From: Candidatus Methylacidiphilales bacterium
Lineage (GTDB): Bacteria > Verrucomicrobiota > Verrucomicrobiia > Methylacidiphilales > UBA1321
Assembly: GCA_026225555.1 (NCBI GenBank)
Contig: JAMFSY010000017.1
Span: 3,602-67,601, forward strand
DNA length: 64,000 nucleotides
Direction: 5' to 3'
Part shown: positions 28,802 through 38,786 of the stretch, piece after piece
Layout: every line of letters begins with the position of its first letter
Numbering within the stretch: the first letter of the stretch is position 1
Notes under the pieces: generated by a model
Seen by the model: only the letters and a program-made list of their open reading frames with translations
Databases searched by the model: none
Told to the model about the DNA's origin: nothing
Program-made: the position numbers and the translations under genes

Positions 28802-29410
28802 TTAGCGGGAGTAGAGCTCGATGATCAACTGCTCGTTGACGATCGGGGCGATTTCCTCACGGGAGGGAATGCGCTTCACTTCACCCTTGAAATTGTCCTT
28901 ATCGATCAGAAGCCATTCCGGCACCGTGACGATCTGCGTGGCGTTCAAACCGCGCGTGCCGAGCTGGCGCGAGACGGCGTTGTTCCGCACTTCCACCACA
29001 TCACCGACCTTGGTGTTGTAGCTGGCGATGCTGACGCGGCGACCATTGACGTTGATGTGGCCGTGATTGACCATCTGGCGCGCGGCGCGACGGGAATTGG
29101 CGAGGCCAAGGCGGAAAACGATATTATCGAGACGCGTCTCCAGCAACTGGAGAAGCGTTTCGCCCGTGACGCCGCGGCGGCGGAGGGCGGTCTCGAAGTA
29201 GCGGCGGAACTGGCGTTCCAGCAGACCGTACATGAGACGGAGCTTCTGTTTTTCACCGAGAGCGGTGGCGTATTCGGACTGCTTGCGGCGGCCTTTGTCG
29301 CCATGCATGCCGGGCGGATAGTTGCGGCGTTCGAGGGCCTTGTGAGGGCCGAAGAGGGGTACGCCGTAGCGGCGGCTTTTCTTGGTGCGGGGTCCGGTAT
29401 AACGAGCCAT
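28802..29410 (-). CDS. rpsD: 30S ribosomal protein S4
   Basis: MARYTGP..K.SRR, SEY...L.EKQKLR, LETRLDNIVFRLG, LIIELYSR. Confidence 0.98.
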   Translation of the reverse strand: MARYTGPRTKKSRRYGVPLFGPHKALERRNYPPGMHGDKGRRKQSEYATALGEKQKLRLMYGLLERQFRRYFETALRRRGVTGETLLQLLETRLDNIVFRLGLANSRRAARQMVNHGHINVNGRRVSIASYNTKVGDVVEVRNNAVSRQLGTRGLNATQIVTVPEWLLIDKDNFKGEVKRIPSREEIAPIVNEQLIIELYSR

Positions 29411-29435
29411 AAGAGTAAATTAAAAGGTGGAGAAC

Positions 29436-30017
29436 TTAGACGCGGCGCTGCTTGCGGGGGCGGCAACCGTTATGCGGGACGGGGGTAACGTCGGTGATGG
29501 AGGTGACTTCCAAGCCGATGGCCTGGAGGGCGCGAATGGCCGATTCGCGGCCGGTGCCGGGTCCCTTGACGCGGACGGAAACTTCCTTCAACCCATGGCC
29601 CATGGCCTGACGGGAGGCGTCCTGTGCGACGACCTGGGCGACATACGCAGTCGACTTCTTCGAGCCGCGGAAGCCGCACTTGCCGGCGGAGGACCAACCG
29701 ATGACGTTGCCCGCCATGTCGGTGATGGAGACGATGGTGTTGTTGAACGTCGCCGAGATGTGAGCGATGCCAGTGAAGATGTTCTTGCTGCCCTTGGCCT
29801 TGACGATCTTGGGCTTTTCCATGTCGTTCGGATCGAGCGACAGGCTGGTCGAGATCTGATCGGCCGGCTTGACGGCGGCGGCCGTTGCGGCAGCACCTTT
29901 GGCGGCCTTCTTTTCGGCGGTGGATTTCTTTTCGCCAGCCGGCTTTTTCTCGGCGGCGGGTTTGGGAGCGGCCGCTTCAGGAGCGGCGGCGGGAGTTTTC
30001 GGAGTTTCGTCAGCCAT
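29436..30017 (-). CDS. rpsK: 30S ribosomal protein S11 with N-terminal extension
   Basis: [51 protein letters not shown]. Confidence 0.97.
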   Translation of the reverse strand: MADETPKTPAAAPEAAAPKPAAEKKPAGEKKSTAEKKAAKGAAATAAAVKPADQISTSLSLDPNDMEKPKIVKAKGSKNIFTGIAHISATFNNTIVSITDMAGNVIGWSSAGKCGFRGSKKSTAYVAQVVAQDASRQAMGHGLKEVSVRVKGPGTGRESAIRALQAIGLEVTSITDVTPVPHNGCRPRKQRRV

Positions 30018-30035
30018 GTTCGTAAAAATTAAAGA

Positions 30036-30431
30036 TTAGACCTTGCCGGCCTTCGCGTCCTTGTTGCGCTGCACGCCGACCGTCTTGCGAGGTCCTTTGC
30101 GGGTGCGGGCGTTGGTGCCGGTGCGCTGACCGCGCACAGGGAGACCACGGCGATGACGAATACCGCGGTAGCAATTGATCGCCTGGAGGCGCTTGAGATT
30201 CTGTTGCAATTCCCGGCGGAGATCACCCTCGATGACGTACTTGTTTTCCTGGATGATCTGGATGATGCGGTTGAGCTGCTGATCGCTCAGGCTCTTGGCG
30301 CGCACATCGGGGCTGATTTCAGCCTGTTCCAGGATGAGCTTGGCGCGGGTTGGGCCGATGCCGTAAATGTAAGGAAGAGCGGCTTCAATGCGCTTTTCAC
30401 CGGGGATATCGATACCGAGAAGACGAGGCAT
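30036..30431 (-). CDS. rpsM: 30S ribosomal protein S13
   Basis: [42 protein letters not shown]; start at ATG 30431. Confidence 0.97.
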   Translation of the reverse strand: MPRLLGIDIPGEKRIEAALPYIYGIGPTRAKLILEQAEISPDVRAKSLSDQQLNRIIQIIQENKYVIEGDLRRELQQNLKRLQAINCYRGIRHRRGLPVRGQRTGTNARTRKGPRKTVGVQRNKDAKAGKV

Positions 30432-30447
30432 AAAGAATGGGAAGGGT

Positions 30448-30564
30448 TTAGCCCTGGCGCTGTTTGAGGCGCGGGTTTTTCTTGTTGATGATGTAGACAC
30501 GGCCCTTCCGGCGGACGACTTGACAGTCCGAGGTACGGCGTTTGACGGAGGCGCGAACTTTCAT
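30448..30564 (-). CDS. rpmJ: 50S ribosomal protein L36, zinc-free type
   Basis: Read directly (too short for the track): [38 protein letters not shown]. Confidence 0.95.
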   Translation of the reverse strand: MKVRASVKRRTSDCQVVRRKGRVYIINKKNPRLKQRQG

Positions 30565-30645
30565 ATATTTAGCTCTTAAAAGGATGGGCTGTTCCCCGAC
30601 GCGGATAAGGCAATAGCCTCGTGCGCGACAAGTCGCAGGGGTAAA

Positions 30646-30673
30646 AGACTATCAAAACACCGGTGCGTGGCAA
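30646..30673 (-). promoter_or_regulatory. Possible sigma70 promoter for rpmJ and the alpha operon
   Basis: Minus strand TTGCCA-16 nt-TAGTCT. Confidence 0.4.
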
Positions 30674-30723
30674 GTGCGTTGTTGAAGTTTTTTCGCCGAT
30701 TGGTATTGACCTCGCTTTCCCTC

Positions 30724-31488
30724 TCAATGGCGAGGGGAATCCGCCCCTACGATCCCCTTTCCCCGAGGAGAAATCAGCTCGGGCAGTTCGGCAAAGTAGA
30801 GGCGCGCGCACCCGAAGAACAGGGGGCGGACGGTTACCTTGAGCCCCGCTTCCTTCAAATAATCGGCAAAGCAATCGCGTTGAGCGAAATCCTCAGTGTA
30901 CCGGGCCAGATAGCGATAGCAGTCCGGATTGCCCAGGCATAACCGGCCAATAGAAGGAATCACGTGGCGAATATAAAAGAGATAGAGGTCCCGAAAGAGA
31001 CGCTGTTCTGGCACATGAATCTCCACAAAAGCAGCTTTTCCTGCGGGCCTGAGGAGGGTCCTAATCAGACTCGCGAATTGGGCCAATTGCCCCTCATCGA
31101 GAGTTTTTAGTCCGAACGAGCAGCAGATTCGGTCATAAACCGCAACCCGAGGGAGATCAAAGATATTCCGGGTGTGAACAGAGATGTTTCCCGCCTTCAG
31201 GCGAGAGACCGTCTTCCGGCATCGTTTTGTCATCTCGGGAGAGAAATCGACCGCATCGACATTTAGTGACGGTCCACCCGCCTTAAGCATCAAGACGCTC
31301 GCCTCCCCCATCCCACACATCAGATCGGCACACCTGTGGTTCATCATCGGATCAAGACTTAAAACCGAGGCCTTGCGCCAAAGGTGACTGAAACCAAAAG
31401 ATGAGATCAGATTTACGGCACCGTAGGTTTTAGGCATCTCGTCAAACAGACTGACAATCCGTTCGGGCGAATAAGGAAGGGAAGGCAT
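30724..31488 (-). CDS. Class I SAM-dependent methyltransferase (UbiE/MenG-like), lower GC
   Basis: F......YG.VN.ISSFG....WR, DLMCGMG, VDFSPEM, CSFGL, YLFY...VIP.IG, YRYLA; ends ..V.PLFFG.A. Confidence 0.8.
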   Translation of the reverse strand: MPSLPYSPERIVSLFDEMPKTYGAVNLISSFGFSHLWRKASVLSLDPMMNHRCADLMCGMGEASVLMLKAGGPSLNVDAVDFSPEMTKRCRKTVSRLKAGNISVHTRNIFDLPRVAVYDRICCSFGLKTLDEGQLAQFASLIRTLLRPAGKAAFVEIHVPEQRLFRDLYLFYIRHVIPSIGRLCLGNPDCYRYLARYTEDFAQRDCFADYLKEAGLKVTVRPLFFGCARLYFAELPELISPRGKGIVGADSPRH

Positions 31489-31646
31489 GCGGCGCGGATG
31501 GTGGACGGAATGGAGCCTCGAAAATCAATTCATTTCGAGCAAGCGAAAAGCAGTATCTTCCATCTGACCGCGTCGAAATATATCTCAATGAGTCGAAGTC
31601 AAAGCTCTTTTTATTCTCTGCCCATTTAGAATAAAAAGAACGCCGG

Positions 31647-31856
31647 TTACTTCGCTGGACTCAAAATCCGCGCGCGGGAGAGATCGGCGGGGTGAAAGGA
31701 GAGTAGGACGATGTCACCGGGCGCGTAGGGTTGATTCTGACCTTTGAGCGGACGGGCGATGCAAGCATGGCCGTTGGCGAGTTCGGCGCGATAGGCGCCG
31801 TGGTCGAGAACTTCGGCGATGGTCGCGCGGGACTCGATTTGATCGGCGTGGGTCAT
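31647..31856 (-). CDS. Divergent IF-1-like (OB fold) small protein
   Basis: IE..ATIAEVL....YRAELANGH..IA, PGDIV.L...P.DLSRARI; lies after map, the usual infA position. Confidence 0.7.
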   Translation of the reverse strand: MTHADQIESRATIAEVLDHGAYRAELANGHACIARPLKGQNQPYAPGDIVLLSFHPADLSRARILSPAK

Positions 31857-31916
31857 GGATATCGAATGCGATTCCGGAGTCAAAGACAAGAAAACCGGGC
31901 GCGTGGAGCAGTTCGG

Positions 31917-32684
31917 CTACCGGCGCACGGCCGTCGCCGGCAGGCAGGTCAGGATCTCGGGATCATCTTCGGTGATGAGAACGGTGTGCTCGAAATGGGC
32001 GGAAGGTTTGCCGTCGGCAGTGACGACGGTCCAACCGTCGGCAAGTTGACGGACCTGAGCGCGACCCAGATTGACCATCGGCTCGATGGCGATGGTCATG
32101 CCGGGTTTGAGCTTGGCTTTGACCTCGCGACCGTAGTTGGGGACATGCGGCTCTTCATGGAGCGCGCGGCCCACGCCGTGGCCGACAAATTCGCGGACGA
32201 CGCTATAGCCGTTGCTGACAACAAATTTTTCGATCGCCTCGGAGATATGATGGACGCGGTTGCCGGCCCGGGCCTGCTCGATGCCAATGGCGAGCGCTTC
32301 CTGGGTTTTATCCAAGAGACGGGTGGTGGCGGCCGGAATTTCGCCGACGGGTAAAGTGGTGGCCGTGTCGCCGACCCAGCCGTCGAGGACGATGCCGATG
32401 TCGAGCTTGACGATGTCGGCGTATTGGATGCGGCGGGCACCGCCGATCCCGTGCACGATTTCATCATTCACCGAAATGCAGATGTGGCCGGGGAATCCCC
32501 GGTAATGGAGAAAAGGACTGCGGCCCCCGCGATCATTGATCAGGCGGGCGGCGAGTTTATCGATCTCGCCCGTGGAAACGCCGGGAACGACGGCGAGGGA
32601 AACTTCCTCGAGGACTTCACGGGCCGCGCGGCAGCTGCGCCGCATGCCTTCGATTTCTTCGGCTGTTTTAATGGGGATGCTCAC
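31917..32684 (-). CDS. map: Type I methionine aminopeptidase
   Basis: CISVNDEIVHGIG, DIVKLDIG..LDGWVGD, GHGVGRALHEEP, AIEPM, SAHFEHT. Confidence 0.97.
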   Translation of the reverse strand: MSIPIKTAEEIEGMRRSCRAAREVLEEVSLAVVPGVSTGEIDKLAARLINDRGGRSPFLHYRGFPGHICISVNDEIVHGIGGARRIQYADIVKLDIGIVLDGWVGDTATTLPVGEIPAATTRLLDKTQEALAIGIEQARAGNRVHHISEAIEKFVVSNGYSVVREFVGHGVGRALHEEPHVPNYGREVKAKLKPGMTIAIEPMVNLGRAQVRQLADGWTVVTADGKPSAHFEHTVLITEDDPEILTCLPATAVRR

Positions 32685-32745
32685 GACGAAAAGGGACTAT
32701 CTTACGAGGCAGAGTTCGACACAAGCCCCGCAGGGCATTTTAAAA

Positions 32746-34338
32746 CTATTTTCTCCGGGCGACCAGCACACCGGCCACCGCGATCACCGCAACGATCAGG
32801 AGGTAAATCCATGCCGTGGTGGTGGAGGAGGAGGTGAGCGAAAGGACGGATCCGATCACAAGCAGCGCCGCGACTACGGCGTAAAGCCAGACATAATTCG
32901 TCGGGCTAATGGCATGCCCCTGCCCGAGCACCGGCGGGGCTCCGGCGGAACGGCCCCGGATGCGGCCCTTCTTGAGGAAACCATCATAGTGGCGCTGCAG
33001 CAAATAGGTTTCCATCTGGCGCATGGTATCGAGCATGACACCGATCATGATCAGCAAGCTGGTGCCGCCGAAAAATTGGCTGGTGAGAACCGGCACGCCG
33101 AGCCAGTGCTGCGCAAGCTGCGGCAGGATGGCGAGGACGGCGAGGAAGATCGCGCCCGCGAGCGTGAGACGGGTCATGGTGTACTCGAGAAAATCAGCCG
33201 TCGGCGCGCCGGGACGGACGCCGGGAATGAAGCCGCCGTTGCGCTTAACGTCTTCGGCAATCTGAATCGGATTGAACATGAAGGAGACCCAGAAGTAGGA
33301 GAAGAAGAAGATCATGCTCACGTAGAACAGATAGTAGAGCGTACCGCCCGCCGTGAGCGAGCTGACGAGATCGCGGGCCCAGACGGCGCCGCTGACGCTC
33401 GGAGGCAGAATCTGGATCATGAACGCAGGGACAATAAGAATCGACTGAGCGAAGATGATCGGCATGACGCCCGAGTAATTGACCTTCAAAGGAAGGAACG
33501 AGCTCTGGCCGCCGTAGACCTTATTGCCACGGACCTGCTTGGCATATTGGATCGTGACTTTGCGCATCGCCTGGGTGATGGCGATCGTGCCGGCGATGAC
33601 GCCGAAAAGGAAAAGGAGGAGCGGGACCACCAGAATCGGACTCGCCGATTCCTTGCCGCCACCGGTGCCGGTGAGCATCTGCCAACCCTGTAGTAACGCA
33701 GCGGGAAGGCGCGAGACGATGTTCACGGTGATGACCATCGAGATACCGTTGCCGATGCCCTTGTCGGTGATCTGTTCGCCGAGCCACATGAGCAAAAGCG
33801 TGCCGGTGAGCAAGCTGATGACGGTGGTAAATTCAAACATCGCGCCGGGATTGGGCACGAGCGGTCCATAACGGGAAGTAACGGCCGAGATGCCGGATAG
33901 CAGCTGGCTATGTTCGGGATTCTCGAACTGCCGCGCGTAGAAAAAACCCTGCACGACGCAAATAACGATCGTAGCGTAGCGGGTGTACTGGGTGATTTTC
34001 TGACGTCCGCCTTCTTCGCGAGCGAGCTTGCCAAGGCTGGGCACGACCGCGGTCATCAACTGGAGCATGATGCTCGCGCTGATGTAAGGGATGATACCGA
34101 GCGTGAAGACCGCGCAGTTTTCCAGCGCGCCGCCGCTGAAGAGATTGAACATACCGATGACGGTATTGTTCGGATCACGCTCGACGACGTAGTGGAAGTA
34201 CTGGGCGAGGACGTTGGTATCGATCCCCGGACAAGGAATGGCCGCGCCGATGCGGATGATCACGACCAAGGCAAGCGTGAACAGAATGCGCTGGCGAAGC
34301 TCGGGAATCTTAAAGCAGTTGGCGAAGGCGGAAAGCAT
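32746..34338 (-). CDS. secY: Preprotein translocase SecY with extended C-terminus
   Basis: LGIIPYISASI, WLGEQITDKGIGNGIS, LPLKVNYSGVMPIIFA, IPGVRPG, GGTSLLI. Confidence 0.97.
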   Translation of the reverse strand: MLSAFANCFKIPELRQRILFTLALVVIIRIGAAIPCPGIDTNVLAQYFHYVVERDPNNTVIGMFNLFSGGALENCAVFTLGIIPYISASIMLQLMTAVVPSLGKLAREEGGRQKITQYTRYATIVICVVQGFFYARQFENPEHSQLLSGISAVTSRYGPLVPNPGAMFEFTTVISLLTGTLLLMWLGEQITDKGIGNGISMVITVNIVSRLPAALLQGWQMLTGTGGGKESASPILVVPLLLFLFGVIAGTIAITQAMRKVTIQYAKQVRGNKVYGGQSSFLPLKVNYSGVMPIIFAQSILIVPAFMIQILPPSVSGAVWARDLVSSLTAGGTLYYLFYVSMIFFFSYFWVSFMFNPIQIAEDVKRNGGFIPGVRPGAPTADFLEYTMTRLTLAGAIFLAVLAILPQLAQHWLGVPVLTSQFFGGTSLLIMIGVMLDTMRQMETYLLQRHYDGFLKKGRIRGRSAGAPPVLGQGHAISPTNYVWLYAVVAALLVIGSVLSLTSSSTTTAWIYLLIVAVIAVAGVLVARRK

Positions 34339-34453
34339 GGCGGGTGCGTGGAAACTAAGAACTATGATCTAAGAACGAAGAACGGACACTGAAGCGAAAC
34401 TTTCGTTTCAAATCCAGTTCTTAGTTCCAGTTCTGAGCTCTTAGTTTGATTTC

Positions 34454-34993
34454 TTAGTTCTTTGACGCCTTTTTCTTCGGCGGCAGGGACGTCTTGGCGA
34501 TCTTCTTGGCGCTGTTGCGCGCGGGATAGACCTTGAGTGCGACGATCTCGATGGAGCCGCCCGCCTTTTCGATCTTCTCGCGAGCCGAAGCGCTGATCGC
34601 GTCAACCTTGAGCGAGAGCTTCTTGCTGAAGGTGCCATCACCGAGAATCTTCACGCCGTCCCAAGTGCCGTTGACCAGGCCCGCATCGCGCAGGACCTTC
34701 TGGTCAATCACGCCGGAGACTTCGAGCTTCTCGAGTTCGCCGAGATTGACCGGGGCGTAGCTGATCTTGAAATTCGCGTTGTTGAAACCACGCTTGGGCA
34801 ACCGGCGGATCAGCGGCATCTGGCCGCCTTCGAAACCGAGACGGATGCTGCCGCCCGAACGGGCTTTTTGACCCTTGTGGCCTTTGCCGCTGGTTTTGCC
34901 GTGGCCGGAGCTTTCGCCGCAGCCGAGGCGCTTGACGCGATGGCGGGAGCCGGGACGGGGTTTGGAATTATGAAGTCGGATCGAGGAGGGCAT
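34454..34993 (-). CDS. rplO: 50S ribosomal protein L15
   Basis: RLGCGESSGHGKTSGKGHKGQKAR, FEGGQMPLIRRLPKRGF. Confidence 0.97.
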   Translation of the reverse strand: MPSSIRLHNSKPRPGSRHRVKRLGCGESSGHGKTSGKGHKGQKARSGGSIRLGFEGGQMPLIRRLPKRGFNNANFKISYAPVNLGELEKLEVSGVIDQKVLRDAGLVNGTWDGVKILGDGTFSKKLSLKVDAISASAREKIEKAGGSIEIVALKVYPARNSAKKIAKTSLPPKKKASKN

Positions 34994-35008
34994 GATGATT
35001 ACTTTCGG

Positions 35009-35908
35009 TTAGGAGGCGAGCGCGGGATCGCTGTCGGTCGTGCTGGCCTTGGGCGCTTTGTCAGCCTTGGCTTTACCCTTGCCCTTGGAGGCGCGGGCGG
35101 TTTCGGCGGCGGCTTCCTTGGATTCAACGGCGGCACCTTCCGCACCGGTGGTTACGGCGGGCGCGTGCGTCTTGATCGTCTTGCCACGAAGCTGGAAAAT
35201 AGTCTCTTTCGGACGAAGCTGCTTGAGGGCATCGAGCGTGGCCTTGACCACGTTCGCGGGATTGCCCGAGCCGAGCGACTTGGCGAGCAGATCCTTGATG
35301 CCGGCTGCTTCCACCACGGCGCGGACGCCGCCACCGGCGATCAGGCCGGTACCGGGAGAGGCGGGACGAAGGAACACGCGTCCGCCGCCGAACTGGCCGA
35401 GGACTTCGTGAGGAATCGTCGTGCCCTTGAGCGAGACGGGTTCGAGATGTTTGCGCGCGGCGTCAGTGGCCTTGCGGATGGCTTCGGTGACCTCATTGGC
35501 CTTGCCGAATCCCACGCCGACCTTGCCCTTGCGATCCCCGACAACGAGGAGCGCGCTGAAGCTGAAACGGCGACCGCCTTTGACGACCTTGGCGCATCGA
35601 TTGATGAAAACAACTTTTTCGAGCAGATCAGACTTTTGCTCATCGCGTCCGCGAGGGCCGCGATTGCCACCGGGTCCGCGGCCACGGCCGCGTCCACCAC
35701 CTCCGCCGCCGCCGCGAGGGCCGCCGCGATGATCACCGCCACGCGAATCGGCCGGACGAGCCGGAGCCGTCACCGCAGGAGCGGCGGGCGCAGTGGGGGC
35801 ATCGGCCTGGGCGGGCGCGGGCGCATCGACGGGGGCCTTCTCGACAATCGAGTTGGGCACCACGGTTTCGTCGACAATTTTCTGATCGGTAGCTTCGTTC
35901 GGGGGCAT
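35009..35908 (-). CDS. rpsE: 30S ribosomal protein S5 with long N- and C-terminal extensions
   Basis: [50 protein letters not shown]. Confidence 0.96.
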   Translation of the reverse strand: MPPNEATDQKIVDETVVPNSIVEKAPVDAPAPAQADAPTAPAAPAVTAPARPADSRGGDHRGGPRGGGGGGGRGRGRGPGGNRGPRGRDEQKSDLLEKVVFINRCAKVVKGGRRFSFSALLVVGDRKGKVGVGFGKANEVTEAIRKATDAARKHLEPVSLKGTTIPHEVLGQFGGGRVFLRPASPGTGLIAGGGVRAVVEAAGIKDLLAKSLGSGNPANVVKATLDALKQLRPKETIFQLRGKTIKTHAPAVTTGAEGAAVESKEAAAETARASKGKGKAKADKAPKASTTDSDPALAS

Positions 35909-35926
35909 AGGGGATTGAGGGTAAAA

Positions 35927-36289
35927 TTAAAACTGCAGGCCGGTCTGGCGAGCAGCGTCGGCCAGGGCTTTGACTTTTCCGTGATAGGTGAAACCGCCGC
36001 GATCGAAAACAACTTTGCTGATGTTCTTGGCCTTGGCGCGCTCGCCGACGAGCTTGCCGATTTCCTCGGCACCCTTGACGTTCGGGCGAAGTTTCGATTC
36101 GAGAAGCGATTTCTCGGTGGTGAAGGCGCTGACGAGAGTCTTGCCGGTGACGTCGTCGATCACCTGGGCGCGAATGTGGTTGCCGGAAAAATTCACGGCG
36201 AGACGGGGACGCTCGGAAGTGCCCTTGACCTTGATGCGCACGCGCACGTGGGTGCGGATACGGGAGGCTTTGGAAGTTATTTTGGCCAT
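35927..36289 (-). CDS. rplR: 50S ribosomal protein L18
   Basis: GTSERPRLAV, VVFDRGGFTYHGKVKALADAAR..GL.F. Confidence 0.97.
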   Translation of the reverse strand: MAKITSKASRIRTHVRVRIKVKGTSERPRLAVNFSGNHIRAQVIDDVTGKTLVSAFTTEKSLLESKLRPNVKGAEEIGKLVGERAKAKNISKVVFDRGGFTYHGKVKALADAARQTGLQF

Positions 36290-36298
36290 ACGATTCCT

Positions 36299-36841
36299 TT
36301 ACTTGCTTTGGGCAGTCTTGCCTTCCTTGCGGATGATTTGTTCGCCGGCGTAGCGCACGCCCTTGCCCTTGTAGGGTTCCGGCGGGTAATAAGCGCGAAT
36401 ATCAGCGGCGACGGCGCCGACTTTTTGTTTATCGGCTCCTTCCACGAGGATGTTGGTGTTGTCCGTGACGGTGACCTTGATGTCATCGGGCACGGTGTAA
36501 ACGACGGGGTGCGAAAAACCGAGATTGAGGTTGAGCGCCTTGCCGGTGAGCGCGGCCTTGAAACCGACGCCCTGGATCTCAAGCTTCTTCTGGAAGCCTT
36601 CATGCGCGCCCTGGACGAAATTCGCGAGGAGCGAGCGGGAGAGGCCATGGAGCGCCTTGTGCTGGCGGGTCTCGCCGGTCTTCTTGACCAGGAGTTCCTT
36701 GCCTTCAAGAGCGGCTTCAATGCCGGTAGGCAGCGTGTGGTGCAGCTTGCCGCGCGGCCCTTCGATGTTCACGAGAGGACCCTGCACGGTGACTTTCACC
36801 TTGTCGGGAACGAGAATGGGTTTTTGGCCGATACGGGACAT
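36299..36841 (-). CDS. rplF: 50S ribosomal protein L6
   Basis: MSRIGQKPI, LNLGFSHPV, PPEPYKGKGVRY. Confidence 0.97.
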   Translation of the reverse strand: MSRIGQKPILVPDKVKVTVQGPLVNIEGPRGKLHHTLPTGIEAALEGKELLVKKTGETRQHKALHGLSRSLLANFVQGAHEGFQKKLEIQGVGFKAALTGKALNLNLGFSHPVVYTVPDDIKVTVTDNTNILVEGADKQKVGAVAADIRAYYPPEPYKGKGVRYAGEQIIRKEGKTAQSK

Positions 36842-36870
36842 ATATTTTTCCTGATTGCGAGTCGAGACTC

Positions 36871-37275
36871 TTAGTAAACGGTCAGCAGCAGTTCGCCGCC
36901 GAGGTTCTGTTTCTTGGCCTGATGGCCAGCCATGACGCCGCGGGGGGTCGAGAGCACCGAGATGCCCATGCCGCCGAGGACGCGGGGGATTTCACCGGCA
37001 CCGACATACTGACGGCGGCCCGGCTTGCTGATGCGGGTGATCTGGGTGATGGAACGGGTCTTGCCGGTGCCGCGCAGCTTGAGGCGCAGTTCGGGGCGGC
37101 CCGCCTTCGTTTCCTTGTCAGACACTTTTTCGACTTCGAGGACGTAGCCTTCGTTCTTCAGAACGTGGGCGACGTCGCTGCGCATGCGGGACCAGGAGAC
37201 ACGGATTTCGGTCTTGGCGGTACGCGACGCGTTACGGATGGTCGTGAGAAAATCGGCGAGAGGATCGGTTTGCAT
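36871..37275 (-). CDS. rpsH: 30S ribosomal protein S8
   Basis: DPLADFLTTIRNA, ISKPGRRQY, GMGISVLSTPRG, GGELL. Confidence 0.97.
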   Translation of the reverse strand: MQTDPLADFLTTIRNASRTAKTEIRVSWSRMRSDVAHVLKNEGYVLEVEKVSDKETKAGRPELRLKLRGTGKTRSITQITRISKPGRRQYVGAGEIPRVLGGMGISVLSTPRGVMAGHQAKKQNLGGELLLTVY

Positions 37276-37280
37276 AGGGA

Positions 37281-37466
37281 TTACCAGCTGGCTTTCGTCA
37301 CGCCGGGGATTTCGCCACGCAGGGCGAGCTCGCGGAAGGCGATGCGGCTCAGGCCGAACTTGCGCATATAGGCGCGGCGGCGGCCGGAGAGGCTGCAGCG
37401 GTTATAGGCGCGCGAGGAAAACTTCGGCTTGCGCTTTTGCTTAACGATCCAGGTTGTCTTGGCCAT
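37281..37466 (-). CDS. rpsN: 30S ribosomal protein S14, short form with one Cys
   Basis: [41 protein letters not shown]. Confidence 0.96.
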   Translation of the reverse strand: MAKTTWIVKQKRKPKFSSRAYNRCSLSGRRRAYMRKFGLSRIAFRELALRGEIPGVTKASW

Positions 37467-37473
37467 AGGGGGA

Positions 37474-38055
37474 TTACGATGTTGCTATTTTACGGTCGGA
37501 GAAAGGCATGCCGAAGAGGGCGAGAAGCTCCTTGGCTTCCTCATTCTTCTTGGCGGTGGTGACGATGGTGATATCCATGCCGAGATTGCGCTTCACCTTG
37601 TCGAGCTCGACTTCGGGGAAGATGGTCTGGTCCTTGACGCCGAGCGTGTAGTTGCCGCGGCCATCAAAGGCGCGGGGAGATACACCACGGAAATCGCGGA
37701 TGCGGGGCAAGGCGGTACGGATGAGGCGCTCGAGAAACTCGTACATGATCGCGCCGCGAAGCGTGACCTTGACGCCGATTTCCTGGCCTTCGCGCAACTT
37801 GAAATTCGCGATGCTCTTGGTGGACTTCGTCTTGGCGGGCTGCTGGCCGGTGACCATGCGCACTTCGTTGAAGGCGTCTTCCAGGGCGACCTTGGTGTCG
37901 ACGGCGGAGCCGATACAGCAGTTGACCACGACCTTTTGGATCTTGGGCACTTCCATCACGTTCTTGTAGCCGCGGCTCTCGATGAGCGCGGGAATAATCT
38001 TTTCCTTGTACTCGCGGGCGAGTGTGACGGGTTCTTTAGTGGGGACGGCGGGCAT
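37474..38055 (-). CDS. rplE: 50S ribosomal protein L5
   Basis: [38 protein letters not shown]. Confidence 0.97.
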   Translation of the reverse strand: MPAVPTKEPVTLAREYKEKIIPALIESRGYKNVMEVPKIQKVVVNCCIGSAVDTKVALEDAFNEVRMVTGQQPAKTKSTKSIANFKLREGQEIGVKVTLRGAIMYEFLERLIRTALPRIRDFRGVSPRAFDGRGNYTLGVKDQTIFPEVELDKVKRNLGMDITIVTTAKKNEEAKELLALFGMPFSDRKIATS

Positions 38056-38058
38056 GGC

Positions 38059-38412
38059 TTACTTCTTTCCTTTGGCGGAGGTCTTTTTGGCGGGCTTGGT
38101 CGCCGAGGCCTCTTCCGGTTTGGGGGCCGAGCTCTTCCGGCTATCGTAGTCGGAGGCCAGCATGACTTTGGAGATGTGAAGGGCGCCTTCGCGTTCCACG
38201 ATGCCGCCCTGGGGCTGCTCTTGGGATTTGCGGGCGGATTTCTTGATGAAGTTCACGCCTTCGATGATCACGCGGTTACGATCGCGCAGGACTTCGAGGA
38301 TCTTGCCGCGTTTGCCCTGCTGCGTGCCGGAGAGGACGACGACTTCGTCGTTCTTCTTGACGTGGAAATTCGCCTGCGGGTTGCGCGGCTTGTTGGTGCG
38401 GTAGAGAGCCAT
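38059..38412 (-). CDS. rplX: 50S ribosomal protein L24
   Basis: HVKKNDEVVVLSG, IIEGVN, GGIVEREGALHISKV. Confidence 0.96.
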   Translation of the reverse strand: MALYRTNKPRNPQANFHVKKNDEVVVLSGTQQGKRGKILEVLRDRNRVIIEGVNFIKKSARKSQEQPQGGIVEREGALHISKVMLASDYDSRKSSAPKPEEASATKPAKKTSAKGKK

Positions 38413-38414
38413 GG

Positions 38415-38780
38415 CTAGACGACCTCCGGGGCGAGTGAAATGATCTTCATGAAATTCTTTTCGCGCAGTTCGCGGGCGACCGGTCCAAAGATGCGAGTGC
38501 CGCGGGGATTCGAATCCTTGTCGATGATGACGACGGCGTTGTTGTCGAAGCGGAGGTAGGAACCGTCACCGCGGCGGATGGCCTGGCGGGTGCGGACGAC
38601 CACGGCGCGGACGACTTCGCTTTTCTTCACGGTGCCATCATGGGCGGCTTCCTTGACGTTGGCGGTGATGATGTCGCCGATGCCGGCTTCGAGGGATTTC
38701 TTGCCGATCACACCGATCATGGTCGCGCGGCGCGCGCCCGTGTTATCGGCGATATCGACCCAGGAACGAATTTGTATCAT
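38415..38780 (-). CDS. rplN: 50S ribosomal protein L14
   Basis: [37 protein letters not shown]. Confidence 0.98.
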   Translation of the reverse strand: MIQIRSWVDIADNTGARRATMIGVIGKKSLEAGIGDIITANVKEAAHDGTVKKSEVVRAVVVRTRQAIRRGDGSYLRFDNNAVVIIDKDSNPRGTRIFGPVARELREKNFMKIISLAPEVV

Positions 38781-38786
38781 GGCAGT

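Noticed and set aside
34868-36874. Long antisense ORFs over ribosomal and other genes (e.g. 34868-36874, 45007-47265, 17545-19041, 56128-57441)
   Set aside because: These are expected stop-poor shadow frames of GC-rich coding sequence with no recognisable motifs.
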